Below, piece after piece: positions 26,696 to 36,067 of a stretch of DNA of 53,782 bases (its first letter is position 1; each line of letters opens with the position of its first letter). The notes beneath the pieces are model-generated. The model saw nothing but the letters and a program-made list of their open reading frames with translations, made no database searches and had not been told where the DNA came from. Both the position numbers and the translations under genes were made by a program. Source of the stretch: an uncultured Chitinophagales bacterium. Its GTDB lineage: Bacteria > Bacteroidota > Ignavibacteria > UBA10030 > UBA6906. Location: NCBI GenBank assembly GCA_964539775.1, contig CAZIKE010000006.1:8289-62070 (forward strand), in the 5' to 3' direction.

Positions 26696-27706
26696 GTGAA
26701 AATCGACAAGAACAGGGAGACGCGGAAGAAGTTCATCACCGTGGGCCAGTTCTTTGAAGCCAATCACGAACGCTTCAAGCTGCACAAGCTGAACGGCGAG
26801 AACGGCTTCGACAACCATATCAAGGACAAGAACCTGCACCGTCCGGGTCTTGCGCTTGCCGGCTATGTTGATCTGTTCACCTACGATCGTGTCCAGATCA
26901 TTGGGAACACGGAAATCAACTATCTCAACTCACTCTCACCCGACCAGCGCTACCGGGCATTCACCTCCCTGCTCGAATTCAAGATGCCTTGTATCGTTCT
27001 CACGAACGGCAACCAACTCGAGCAAGGATTGCTGGATGCGGCATCGAACAAAGGCATCCCGATCTTCGGCACGCCGTTCGAAACGACAAAGATTGCGTAC
27101 TTCATCGCCGACTTCCTCGATGATCAGTTCGCTCCGCAGATTGTCCTGCACGGTTCCTTTGTGGACGTGTATGGCGTAGGTGTGCTCTTGATGGGTCGGT
27201 CGGGGATCGGCAAGAGTGAGATCGCACTCGATCTTGTAGAACGAGGTCACCGTCTTGTTGCTGACGATGTGGTGAATGTGACGAGGAAGGGAGAGGGGAT
27301 TCTCATGGGTTCGGGCACGGAACTTGTAAAACACTTCATGGAGATTCGTGGTCTCGGACTCATTGATGTGCGAAGCATGTTCGGCATCCGAGCCATTCGC
27401 TTCCAGAAACGCGTGGAGGTGGTGGTGGAGTTGGAGGACTGGAAGCCCGATGAGGATTATACACGCACGGGCCTCGATGATACGCCCGTGAGTGTCCTGG
27501 ACGTGGAGTTGCCGCACGTTCGGCTGCCGATCTTTCCCGGTAAGAACGTCACGGTCATCACCGAGGTTATAGCACTCAACTATCTTCTCAAGCATTATGG
27601 GTACGATGCCGCGAAGGAGTTTGCGAAGCGTCTCGAGGGGCAAATTGAAGCAAAGCGGCGCAAAGGGGACAGGGCGATCAACTACTTCGAACACGATTTC
27701 GAGTAG
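26696..27706 (+). CDS. hprK: HPr kinase/phosphorylase
   Basis: HRPGLALAG, GRSGIGKSE (Walker A), GHRLVADD, MEIRGLG. Confidence 0.95.
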   Translation: MKIDKNRETRKKFITVGQFFEANHERFKLHKLNGENGFDNHIKDKNLHRPGLALAGYVDLFTYDRVQIIGNTEINYLNSLSPDQRYRAFTSLLEFKMPCIVLTNGNQLEQGLLDAASNKGIPIFGTPFETTKIAYFIADFLDDQFAPQIVLHGSFVDVYGVGVLLMGRSGIGKSEIALDLVERGHRLVADDVVNVTRKGEGILMGSGTELVKHFMEIRGLGLIDVRSMFGIRAIRFQKRVEVVVELEDWKPDEDYTRTGLDDTPVSVLDVELPHVRLPIFPGKNVTVITEVIALNYLLKHYGYDAAKEFAKRLEGQIEAKRRKGDRAINYFEHDFE

Positions 27707-27782
27707 AGTGCAACTACGGGGAATTGCGTACGGCTGTCCGCCAATCCACTTGGTTAAAAAACTCTAATGCCGGAGAAACTTC

Positions 27783-27811
27783 TTGACAAACGGGGTGAGA
27801 TTATTTATCAT
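27783..27811 (+). promoter_or_regulatory. Near-consensus sigma70 promoter
   Basis: TTGACA (27783-27788) - 17 bp - TATCAT (27806-27811). Confidence 0.65.
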
Positions 27812-27958
27812 TCGTTTGCCTTTTGCAGCATCATCTGTCCCGCGTGACACCGTTCAGTTCTCGTTTTTGAACCCAAACTCATTTACTTCAAAAACAAGAG
27901 AAGTGTAGTAGTTTCTTCAGGGGAGACTTGTGAGTTCATTGTTGTACCACTGAGCGAG

Positions 27959-28915
27959 GTGAGAGTGCGAAAAAGACTACGATTCTTCTACTTCTCAGAC
28001 AAGACCCTGGGCTTCCACGAGGTTCGGTTCTTCGTAGCGAAGACCCTCGGCTCGGCCGTGTTGTTGGGCATCGGGATGTTCGGTGTGTTCTTCTTCATAA
28101 ACTACGCGCTGGGCGATCCGCTGGGCATGACGAAGACCTCCGAAGTTGTCGCCGAAAACACGTATCTCAAAGAGCAGATCCGTGAACTGAACAGGAAAGC
28201 ACTGGAGGTTCGGAAGAACATCGACGAGCTTGCGGAACGGAACAACCAGCTCCGTTTGATGGTGGACTTGGGAAAGATCGATGGAGATACCAAGCAGGCT
28301 GCTGTCGGTGGTTCTCTGAGCTCTGCTTCCTTCCCGTTCCTTTCGCCTGACGCAGGCTCGCTCCTGGCCAACTCCAGCGATTTGCTCTCGCAGCTGGAAC
28401 GGGAAGTGGAATTGCAAAAAAAGAGTTACGAGGAAATCACAAAGCGGTACGAGTACAACAAGACATTCTTTATGCACCTTCCGGCAATCAAGCCATGTGC
28501 GGGGGAATACTCGATCAGAGGCTACGGCATGAGGATCCATCCCGTGCTCGGCGTGTGGCGCATGCACGAAGGTCTTGATATCATCACCGATGTTGGGACG
28601 CCGGTGTACGCCACGGGAGACGGGACCGTGACATTTGCCGGGCGTACCGCCAGCGGCTACGGCGCTGTTGTGGAGATCAACCACGGCTACGGCTACACAA
28701 CGCTGTATGCACATCTCTCGCAGGTGCGTGTCCGCTCGGGTCAGAAGGTGAAACGGGGGGAACTTATTGCCCGCTCAGGTCGTTCAGGCTTGGTGAGTGG
28801 ACCACACCTCCATTACGAGGTCCGGCTCAACGGGAGGAAGCTCAACCCCGTCGATCATTTCTTTGACGATATTGATGCCGCGAGATATCGTGCCCAGCTC
28901 GCGAGCTCACAGTAA
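27959..28915 (+). CDS. M23 family metallopeptidase (TM, coiled coil, LytM domain)
   Basis: MHEGLDI (HxxxD), YAHLS, GPHLHYEV (HxH). Confidence 0.92.
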   Translation: MRVRKRLRFFYFSDKTLGFHEVRFFVAKTLGSAVLLGIGMFGVFFFINYALGDPLGMTKTSEVVAENTYLKEQIRELNRKALEVRKNIDELAERNNQLRLMVDLGKIDGDTKQAAVGGSLSSASFPFLSPDAGSLLANSSDLLSQLEREVELQKKSYEEITKRYEYNKTFFMHLPAIKPCAGEYSIRGYGMRIHPVLGVWRMHEGLDIITDVGTPVYATGDGTVTFAGRTASGYGAVVEINHGYGYTTLYAHLSQVRVRSGQKVKRGELIARSGRSGLVSGPHLHYEVRLNGRKLNPVDHFFDDIDAARYRAQLASSQ

Positions 28916-28972
28916 TGGAGAGGGCATCAACGCAATTCGTTGTTCAACGATGAGAAAGGAAGTGATAGTACT

Positions 28973-29197
28973 GTGATCTGGACGATGGAACTCGCTTCAT
29001 ACCTGGATGATGCTCCATGGCCCGCAACAAAAGAAGAACTTATCGACTATGCAACCCGGACCGGAGCACCAGCGGAGGTGATCGAGAATCTTCAGGAACT
29101 GGAGGATAGCGACGAGCCCTACGAGAGCATGGAGGAAATCTGGCCCGACTATCCGACAGACGAAGATTTCTTCTTCGAAGATGAAGGGGAATATTAG
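28973..29197 (+). CDS. DUF2795 family small acidic protein
   Basis: WTMELASYLDDAPWPATKEELIDYA...EEIWPDYPT; start reassigned to GTG 28973. Confidence 0.85.
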   Translation: MIWTMELASYLDDAPWPATKEELIDYATRTGAPAEVIENLQELEDSDEPYESMEEIWPDYPTDEDFFFEDEGEY

Positions 29198-29246
29198 CAT
29201 CGCCGGCCTCAGTTGCTTCCCTTGATCTACCCGGATGGAATCTTAC

Positions 29247-29281
29247 GCCCATTCCGATGAGTCGGGATGGGCTTTTTGTTT
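29247..29281 (+). terminator. Intrinsic terminator
   Basis: GCCCATTCCGA-TGAG-TCGGGATGGGC followed by TTTTTGTTT. Confidence 0.75.
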
Positions 29282-29296
29282 GTGGACGTGAGGTTC

Positions 29297-31417
29297 ATGG
29301 TACTCTCTCTTGCCCGACATACGCCTGCCTGCCTCCTCAAGGTGTTTCTGCTCTTCCTGGCGATCATACTGGCCGATCGCAGCGCTGCAGCAAATTTCCC
29401 GCAGGGGGTGCTCCAGCAATTCGAGATTCGTGCCATCCACTTCGAGGGGAATGAGAGCTTCAGCACCAGCGAACTGTTGCAGGTCATGCACACGAGGGAA
29501 ACCCCGGGGTTCTTTGACAAATTTCTTTACAACAACATCAGCGAGCGTCTTGGAAGGAAGAGCGAATACCTTAATCCGGCGCTGCTCGCCGATGATCTTG
29601 CCCGCCTTCGTCTGTTCTACAGAGAACACGGCTTCCAGGAAGCGACCGTCGATAGCGCTCTCGCCTTCTCGTACCGAGATGCGTCCGTCGAGATCACCAT
29701 CAGAATTCGGGAAGGATATCGCTCGCTGATCGACACACTGGTGTACAAAGGCATTGTGAACGCGCCAACGGTTGTGTATGAGGAAATTGGCTCGGACCCG
29801 CGCATTGTGCAGGGGGACCCTTTCAGCAAAGCACTACTGGAGGAAGAGGTCAACCGCGTGCTTCGCATTGTGCATAACGACGGCTATGCCCGCGCGGTGT
29901 TTGCACGCGATAGCTCGTCGATGACGTACTATACCAGTACACGCAACTATTCCGTTGTTCTTGGCTTTGCGCTCGGCAAGCGATATCGATTCCGCACCAT
30001 TACGGTTCAGCAGGAACAGGAACTGCGACGTGAGGACATCGACGACGAGGATGTGCTGCATCAACTTGATATCAAGCCGGGGGATGTCTATAACCTTGAG
30101 AACATCAAGTTCAGCGAACGAAACCTGAACCGCGTCGGCATCTTCGACCGGGCATGGATCGAAACATACCTCAGCCCCTACGATCATCCTGAGTCCACTG
30201 CCGTGGACGGCATTGTGAAGATCCGGCCGCGCGACCGCCACGAGCTTGCGCCCGAGCTTTCGATGAGCGATGAGAACGGCAACTTCAATCTTGGTGTCGG
30301 TGTCGGATATTCCAGCAGGAACTTTCTGGGCGGACTCCGTACTGCCACCATGCGTGTTCGATTCCGCACGGCAACGTTGGGTGAGTTCCCGGATTTCTTC
30401 AAGCTGGAAACCGACGCGATTGCCAATCTCGATGCGACGTTCGAGCTGCTGCAACCGTATTTCTTTTCAAACAAGATTAAGGGGACGTGGTCGCTGTCGT
30501 ATATCCGCGACAAACAGAAGTTGTATCTTTCCTCGATCTTCCAGAATAAGTTCGGATTCGGGTTTCGCTTCGCGGAATTTACCACCGGCTTTCTCGATTG
30601 GACGGCACAGTACGTGCAGCTCAGCAAGCGCCCGAACATTCGGCCGGATTCCACCGACATCGACATTCTCCGCCAGTTGCGCGACCTTGAGGCACAAAAA
30701 GAACAGTTCAACTCGATTCTCTCGTTTACAATCCAGCGTGATAAGACGAACGATATCTTCTCCCCCTCGCGTGGGTTCATCCATGCGTGGACTATCGAAG
30801 AGTCGGGCCTGCTGCCTCTGGTGCTGAGTAACTGGAACTGGGTCAACAAGCCGTTCACGCAGTTCTACCGGACAAACCTTGTGGGCAGATGGTACTTCGA
30901 CCTGACACGGGATAGACGGTTTTCGATTTTCGCGCTGAAGCTCAGGGTAGGGTTCGAGGAGAAGTACGGCCAAAGCCGCGGCGATACCACGCGGGCAATT
31001 CCTCAGACACATCGTTTCTACGCAGGCGGCGGCAGCAGCGTCCGCGGATGGCGGTACCGTGATCTGAGTGCCAGCGGCGATCCTCAGCTTGGCGGCAACG
31101 TCCTCTTTGAGGGGGGGCTGGAATTGCGCACCAACATCCTGCAAGCGCTGAAAGATGACTTCTGGGATAGACTGTGGACGGTCCTTTTTGTGGACTTCGG
31201 AAATGTGTGGGCTGAAGCAAACGACTTGCGTCTGCGTGGCGTTGCCGTTGCAGCCGGGTTCGGACTGCGCTATGATACGTTCTTCGGTCCCTTTCGCGTC
31301 GACTATGGCATTCAAGTGCACGATCCGCGCACTAACACGTGGATCACAAAGCGAAGATTCTGGGGTGATGTGCTGAGAACCGGTATCATCCATTTCGGTA
31401 TTGGCCATGCATTCTAG
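29297..31417 (+). CDS. Omp85 (BamA/TamA family) outer-membrane protein with POTRA domains
   Basis: IHFEGNESFSTSELL POTRA; FYAGGGSSVRGW; GFGLRYDTFFGPFRVDYG; C-terminal Phe. Confidence 0.9.
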   Translation: MVLSLARHTPACLLKVFLLFLAIILADRSAAANFPQGVLQQFEIRAIHFEGNESFSTSELLQVMHTRETPGFFDKFLYNNISERLGRKSEYLNPALLADDLARLRLFYREHGFQEATVDSALAFSYRDASVEITIRIREGYRSLIDTLVYKGIVNAPTVVYEEIGSDPRIVQGDPFSKALLEEEVNRVLRIVHNDGYARAVFARDSSSMTYYTSTRNYSVVLGFALGKRYRFRTITVQQEQELRREDIDDEDVLHQLDIKPGDVYNLENIKFSERNLNRVGIFDRAWIETYLSPYDHPESTAVDGIVKIRPRDRHELAPELSMSDENGNFNLGVGVGYSSRNFLGGLRTATMRVRFRTATLGEFPDFFKLETDAIANLDATFELLQPYFFSNKIKGTWSLSYIRDKQKLYLSSIFQNKFGFGFRFAEFTTGFLDWTAQYVQLSKRPNIRPDSTDIDILRQLRDLEAQKEQFNSILSFTIQRDKTNDIFSPSRGFIHAWTIEESGLLPLVLSNWNWVNKPFTQFYRTNLVGRWYFDLTRDRRFSIFALKLRVGFEEKYGQSRGDTTRAIPQTHRFYAGGGSSVRGWRYRDLSASGDPQLGGNVLFEGGLELRTNILQALKDDFWDRLWTVLFVDFGNVWAEANDLRLRGVAVAAGFGLRYDTFFGPFRVDYGIQVHDPRTNTWITKRRFWGDVLRTGIIHFGIGHAF

Positions 31418-31425
31418 GAGCTTGC

Positions 31426-32547
31426 ATGTGGCATAGGGTAATAGGACAACAGCGTGTCAAGAATATCCTGCTTGCGGCATTGCGCTCCCAGCGCTTACCG
31501 CACGCATACCTCTTTGTGGGACATGAAGGTGTGGGCAAGGATGCCGTGGCGCTGGAGCTTGCCCGCGTGCTCCACTGCGAGCGCAACGAGGAGGAGGCCT
31601 GCGACGCGTGCGCGTCCTGCATCAAGATGAACACGCTCCAACATCCCGATGTTCGCTTCATTACCGCCTTGCCCGCCGGGAAAGGAGAAACGCCCGAGGA
31701 CTCTCCCGTGGAGAAACTTGCGCCGGCCGATGTCGAAGCCATTCAGCTGCAGTTGCGACTCAAGGGAGAGAATCCCTATCATCGCATCTCCATCCCACGG
31801 GCGAGCGTCATCAAGATCAACAGCATCCGTGAAGTGCGGCGCCAGGCGGTGATGAGCCATGTCTCCAAAGGGCGGAACGTCTTCATCATCTCGAACGCCG
31901 AAGACATGAGCCCCGAAGCCGCCAACACGATCCTGAAGACGCTGGAAGAACCCGCGCACGATACGATGCTTATCCTCACCACTTCGCGTCCAGATGCGTT
32001 ACTCAGCACCATTGTGTCGCGGTGTCAGATCGTTCGGTTCGATCCGCTGACAGAGAATGATATCCGCATTGCACTGGTGGAGCGTGAACGTGTCCCGGAA
32101 GATAAGGCGGCGCTCGTTGCACGGCTTGCCGGTGGCAGTTATGTGCAAGCACTCGAGCTTCTCGAAACGGACCTCGTCGAATTGCGGCAGGATGTCGTGT
32201 CGTTCATCCGCACGGTGCTGGCAAACAATCGCGTGAACCTCGTTGCCCACATCGAACGGCTTTCTGCCGAGAAGGATAGGGACTTCGTTGCGCGCTATTT
32301 GCGGCTCATGGCCATCTGGTTCCGGGACGCATTTGTCCTGGTGAACGGAGGGCGGATCATCAACCTCGATCAGCAGGATGATCTTCGGAAGTTCACGGCA
32401 AAGTTTGCCCATGCCGATCTGCGCAGCGTGCTTGCTTCTGTCGATCACGCTATTTCCCTTGTCTACAAAAATGGATACATTCAACTCGTGTTGCTTCAAC
32501 TTGCGGTGAAACTGCGGCGCGCAATTCTCGAAGCAGCGCCTTCATAA
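31426..32547 (+). CDS. holB: DNA polymerase III subunit delta'
   Basis: PHAYLFVGHEGVGK, C..CDACASC Zn site, HPDV, AANTILKTLEEP, TIVSRCQ. Confidence 0.92.
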   Translation: MWHRVIGQQRVKNILLAALRSQRLPHAYLFVGHEGVGKDAVALELARVLHCERNEEEACDACASCIKMNTLQHPDVRFITALPAGKGETPEDSPVEKLAPADVEAIQLQLRLKGENPYHRISIPRASVIKINSIREVRRQAVMSHVSKGRNVFIISNAEDMSPEAANTILKTLEEPAHDTMLILTTSRPDALLSTIVSRCQIVRFDPLTENDIRIALVERERVPEDKAALVARLAGGSYVQALELLETDLVELRQDVVSFIRTVLANNRVNLVAHIERLSAEKDRDFVARYLRLMAIWFRDAFVLVNGGRIINLDQQDDLRKFTAKFAHADLRSVLASVDHAISLVYKNGYIQLVLLQLAVKLRRAILEAAPS

Positions 32548-32567
32548 GAGGAACATCACAGGATTCG

Positions 32568-34637
32568 ATGAGTCAGCGTATTCTTGTTACCGCGGCGCTT
32601 CCGTATGCCAATGGCGCGATCCATCTTGGCCATCTTGCCGGTGCATACCTGCCCGCTGATATTTATGTCCGGTTTCAGCGTTTACGGGGACGGGACGTTG
32701 TCTTCATCTGCGGTTCGGATGAACATGGTGTGCCCATCACAATTACGGCCGAGAAAGAAAAGACCACCCCGCAAGCGATTGTTGACCGCTACCACGCAAT
32801 GAACAAAGTTGCGTTCGAGCGGTTCGGCATAAGCTTCGACAATTACTCACGAACGTCTCTGCCACTGCATCACCAGACGGCACTGGAGTTTTTCCTCGAT
32901 TTTCATCGCCGGGGAATCCTGAAAGAGAAAAAGGAGCAGCAGTTCTATGACCCGAAGGCCAGGATGTTCCTTCCTGACAGGTACGTGGAAGGGACGTGTC
33001 CCGTATGCGGCAGCGATGAAGCACGCGGCGACCAGTGCGAGAAGTGCGGGTCGTTTCTCAATCCTACACAACTCATCAATCCGCGCAGCAAAATCTCCGG
33101 CGAAGCACCGGTGTTGCGCGAGACAAACCACCTCTATTTTCCGCTCGGGGCTTTCCAACACAGGCTTGAAGCGTACATCGCCGAGCGCAATGCACGAGAC
33201 GGATGGAAGGAGAATGTACTCAAGTACTGCCAGTCGTGGTTCACGGAAGGACTGGAAGATCGGGCCGTAACACGCGACCTCGATTGGGGGGTGAAGATTC
33301 CCCTTCCCGGCTATGAAAGCAAAGTGCTCTATGTTTGGTTCGATGCCGTCCTCGGCTACATTTCTTCGACGAAAGAATGGGCGCAGCGTCATGGTGCCCC
33401 CGATCGCTGGAAGCACTACTGGCTGGATGAGAGGACAAAGTACGTTGCCTTCATCGGCAAAGACAACGTGGTGTTTCACTGCATCGTCTTCCCGGCAATG
33501 CTGATGGCGTGGAACGACACGCACGCGGAGAAGTACGTGCTTCCGGAGAACGTCCCTGCCAACGAATTTCTGAACTTCGAGGGACAGAAGTTCTCCAAGA
33601 GCCGCGGTATCGGTATCGACGTGCAGGAGTTTCTCGACCGGTTTCCCGCAGACTCGCTGCGATACTATCTGACCTCATCGCTGCCCGAGTATCGGGATTC
33701 GGATTTCTACTGGCGCGACTTTCAGGCAAAGAACAACAACGAGCTGGCGGACATCCTTGGCAACTTCGTCAACCGCACGCTGGCCTTTGCAGGCCGAACC
33801 TTCGGGGGCACTGTACCGGAACGCGGCCCGCTGACGCAACTCGATCACCAGATCATTGCGACGATGAAGAGCGCAACCGAGCTTGCAGCGGCACACTTTG
33901 AGCACTATCGCTTCCGCGACGGCCTGCTCGAAATCATGAACCTTGCGCGAGCGGCCAACAAGTACTTCAACGACAGCGAGCCGTGGAGGACGGCGAAATC
34001 TGACCCGCTGCAATGCGGGACGACCATCAACGTGAGTTTTCAGCTTGCCCGTGCGCTCGCGATTCTGCTGTCGCCCGTCATCCCTGGTGCGTGCGAACGT
34101 ATCTGGAAGATGCTGGGACTCGAGGGAACAGCCGCGACGCAGCGCTGGGAAAGCGCCGCCGAGCTTCTGGTCGCGTCGGGCCACAGGCTTGGTGCAGTGG
34201 AAATTCTGTTCAACAAGATTGAGGATAGTGTGATTGAACAAGCCATCAAGGACACAACACAGCCCGGCGTTACCGGCGGAGGGCAGCCGCCCGTCGCCGT
34301 CGAGGAGAAGCCGCTCATTACTATCGACGACTTCAGAAAGATTGACCTGCGCGTGGCGAAGATACTCGAGTGCGAAAGCGTGCCGAAATCGGAGAAGCTG
34401 CTGAAGCTTCAGGTGGATGTTGGGGGAGAGAAGAGGCAAATTGTGGCGGGCATTGCACAACACTACAAGCCCGAGGAGTTGGTGGGCAAGAGTGTGGTGG
34501 TCGTGTACAACCTTCAGCCTGCGAAGTTGATGGGGCACGAATCACGCGGCATGCTGCTGGCGGCAACGGATAGCAATGGGAAGCTGTTGCTTGTTGCGCC
34601 CACCGGCGAGATCGACAGCGGGAGCGTCGTGCGGTAG
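32568..34637 (+). CDS. metG: Methionine--tRNA ligase with C-terminal tRNA-binding domain
   Basis: ALPYANG.IHLGH, CPVC/CEKC knuckle, YVWFDA, KFSKS, C-terminal OB fold. Confidence 0.97.
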   Translation: MSQRILVTAALPYANGAIHLGHLAGAYLPADIYVRFQRLRGRDVVFICGSDEHGVPITITAEKEKTTPQAIVDRYHAMNKVAFERFGISFDNYSRTSLPLHHQTALEFFLDFHRRGILKEKKEQQFYDPKARMFLPDRYVEGTCPVCGSDEARGDQCEKCGSFLNPTQLINPRSKISGEAPVLRETNHLYFPLGAFQHRLEAYIAERNARDGWKENVLKYCQSWFTEGLEDRAVTRDLDWGVKIPLPGYESKVLYVWFDAVLGYISSTKEWAQRHGAPDRWKHYWLDERTKYVAFIGKDNVVFHCIVFPAMLMAWNDTHAEKYVLPENVPANEFLNFEGQKFSKSRGIGIDVQEFLDRFPADSLRYYLTSSLPEYRDSDFYWRDFQAKNNNELADILGNFVNRTLAFAGRTFGGTVPERGPLTQLDHQIIATMKSATELAAAHFEHYRFRDGLLEIMNLARAANKYFNDSEPWRTAKSDPLQCGTTINVSFQLARALAILLSPVIPGACERIWKMLGLEGTAATQRWESAAELLVASGHRLGAVEILFNKIEDSVIEQAIKDTTQPGVTGGGQPPVAVEEKPLITIDDFRKIDLRVAKILECESVPKSEKLLKLQVDVGGEKRQIVAGIAQHYKPEELVGKSVVVVYNLQPAKLMGHESRGMLLAATDSNGKLLLVAPTGEIDSGSVVR

Positions 34638-34660
34638 GCGCCGATGAGCGCGGCGGACGA

Positions 34661-34888
34661 TCAGAAAGCAGTGTAGGCAACGAGAAGGGGAAGGAGAATG
34701 TACGCAGTGATCATTCCTGCAACAATGAAGCCTACCATCGAGCAGGCCGACCAGAGGAACATCTTGAAATCGCCGTCGCGTTCGCCGGCGACCCTCAGTG
34801 CCTTACGCACACAGAACACAGTAAAGGCGAATGCACCGAGTGCAATGGGGGCAAAGATAAGTGTAAGGGCGAGATCAAGTCTTCCCAT
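34661..34888 (-). CDS. Small two-TM membrane protein (75 aa), unknown function
   Basis: MGRLDLALTLIFAPIALG...; two hydrophobic helices separated by a basic/polar loop; fills the gap between metG and the hemerythrin gene. Confidence 0.55.
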   Translation of the reverse strand: MGRLDLALTLIFAPIALGAFAFTVFCVRKALRVAGERDGDFKMFLWSACSMVGFIVAGMITAYILLPLLVAYTAF

Positions 34889-34954
34889 GACGAAGTCACG
34901 ATTGCTGTTGCAATATACTGAAAAGAACAACAACTGCATGGATGCAGCCTGATC

Positions 34955-35428
34955 ATGGCGAAGCGTCATCCAAGCCTCGTTCTCCTTTCGCAGGATCATC
35001 ATCACGGTCTCGCACTGGCTCTGCGGCTGCGCCAGGGGGATCAAGCGTTGCTCACCGACGGCTGGACGCATGACCGCACCGAACAGGCGCGTCGTGTGCA
35101 CGAGTTCTATGAGAAGGAATTGCGCTCGCATTTCGTGGCGGAGGAAGAAGCCGTGTTCCCCATCCTGAGAGAGCACAGCTCGCGCTCAGGTCCCATCATC
35201 AATACCTTGGTTGGTCAGCACCGAGAAATGGAGCGCCTTGTCGGCATCATTACGCAGGCGAGGGGGGACGAGCTTGAGAAAGCACTTGTGGCATTGGGCG
35301 AACTGTTGGAAAAACACATTCGCATCGAGGAACGTGAGTTGTTCGAGATCTATCAGTCCGATCTCTCACCGCAGGTGATGGACGAAGTGGGCGAGGGCGT
35401 TCGCCGCTGCGTTGCATCTCGAACCTGA
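34955..35428 (+). CDS. Hemerythrin/HHE cation-binding domain protein
   Basis: LSQDHHHGL, HFVAEEEAVFP, QHREM, HIRIEERELF. Confidence 0.88.
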   Translation: MAKRHPSLVLLSQDHHHGLALALRLRQGDQALLTDGWTHDRTEQARRVHEFYEKELRSHFVAEEEAVFPILREHSSRSGPIINTLVGQHREMERLVGIITQARGDELEKALVALGELLEKHIRIEERELFEIYQSDLSPQVMDEVGEGVRRCVASRT

Positions 35429-35440
35429 TCTTCCTATATT
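35412..35440 (+). promoter_or_regulatory. Putative promoter of tRNA-Ala
   Basis: TTGCAT (35412-35417) - 17 bp - TATATT (35435-35440). Confidence 0.5.
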
Positions 35441-35454
35441 GGCAGTGCATTGGA

Positions 35455-35527
35455 GGGGCTGTAGCTCAGCTGGGAGAGCGCGTGAATGGCATTCACGAGG
35501 TCAGGGGTTCGATCCCCCTCAGCTCCA
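35455..35527 (+). tRNA. tRNA-Ala (anticodon GGC), CCA not encoded
   Basis: GGGGCTG/CAGCTCC acceptor stem with G3-U70; CGTGA-AT GGC AT-TCACG anticodon arm; GTTCGAT T loop. Confidence 0.97.
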
Positions 35528-35533
35528 CATCAG

Positions 35534-35557
35534 AAAGGGAAGATGGCTTCCCTTTTT
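35534..35557 (+). terminator. Intrinsic terminator after tRNA-Ala
   Basis: AAAGGGAAG-ATGG-CTTCCCTTT followed by TT. Confidence 0.7.
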
Positions 35558-35581
35558 CCGTTCCAGAACCGTGGTGACGCG

Positions 35582-36004
35582 ATGCATGCACGTACGGTGA
35601 TTGTTTCTGTTCCGATCATCGTTGTTCTCTTTCTGACGGGCTGCTCCAAAGACAGCGGCATTCAGGGACCGGACGGGAGTCCTTCGGATGTTGTTTTTCC
35701 GGAACGCAATGTGAGCTACGCTCAACATGTGCAGGTGTTGTTCAATCAGACGTGCGCGCTGGTTGGGTGCCACAGTCAAGCGGAGCCCGGTGACCAGTTG
35801 CGGCTGGATACGTACGAGAACCTCCGCTTCGGTGTGAGAGGCATTCCTGTCGTGATTCCGGGCGATGCACAAAACAGTCGGTTGGTGATGAAGCTTGAAG
35901 GACGTGCCGACGGTGCGCGCATGCCGCTCAACCGAAATCCTCTCAATCAAAACCAGATCAATGGCATTCGAACCTGGATCAATGAGGGGGCGCTGAGGAA
36001 TTAG
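35582..36004 (+). CDS. Lipoprotein with planctomycete-type cytochrome c-like domain (CX4CH)
   Basis: Lipobox LTGC; VSYAQHVQVLFNQTCALVGCH...VIPGDAQNSRL...MP...IRTWINEGA. Confidence 0.78.
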   Translation: MHARTVIVSVPIIVVLFLTGCSKDSGIQGPDGSPSDVVFPERNVSYAQHVQVLFNQTCALVGCHSQAEPGDQLRLDTYENLRFGVRGIPVVIPGDAQNSRLVMKLEGRADGARMPLNRNPLNQNQINGIRTWINEGALRN

Positions 36005-36067
36005 TTGGAGAGGGGAAAGCCCGGAGGATTGCTTCAGGACCCTCTATCACGAATCGGGAGATGCGTG

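Noticed and set aside
35455-35560. tRNA-Ala or tRNA-Arg as island integration sites
   Set aside because: I saw no duplicated tRNA 3' ends in the window, and the flanking genes are ordinary
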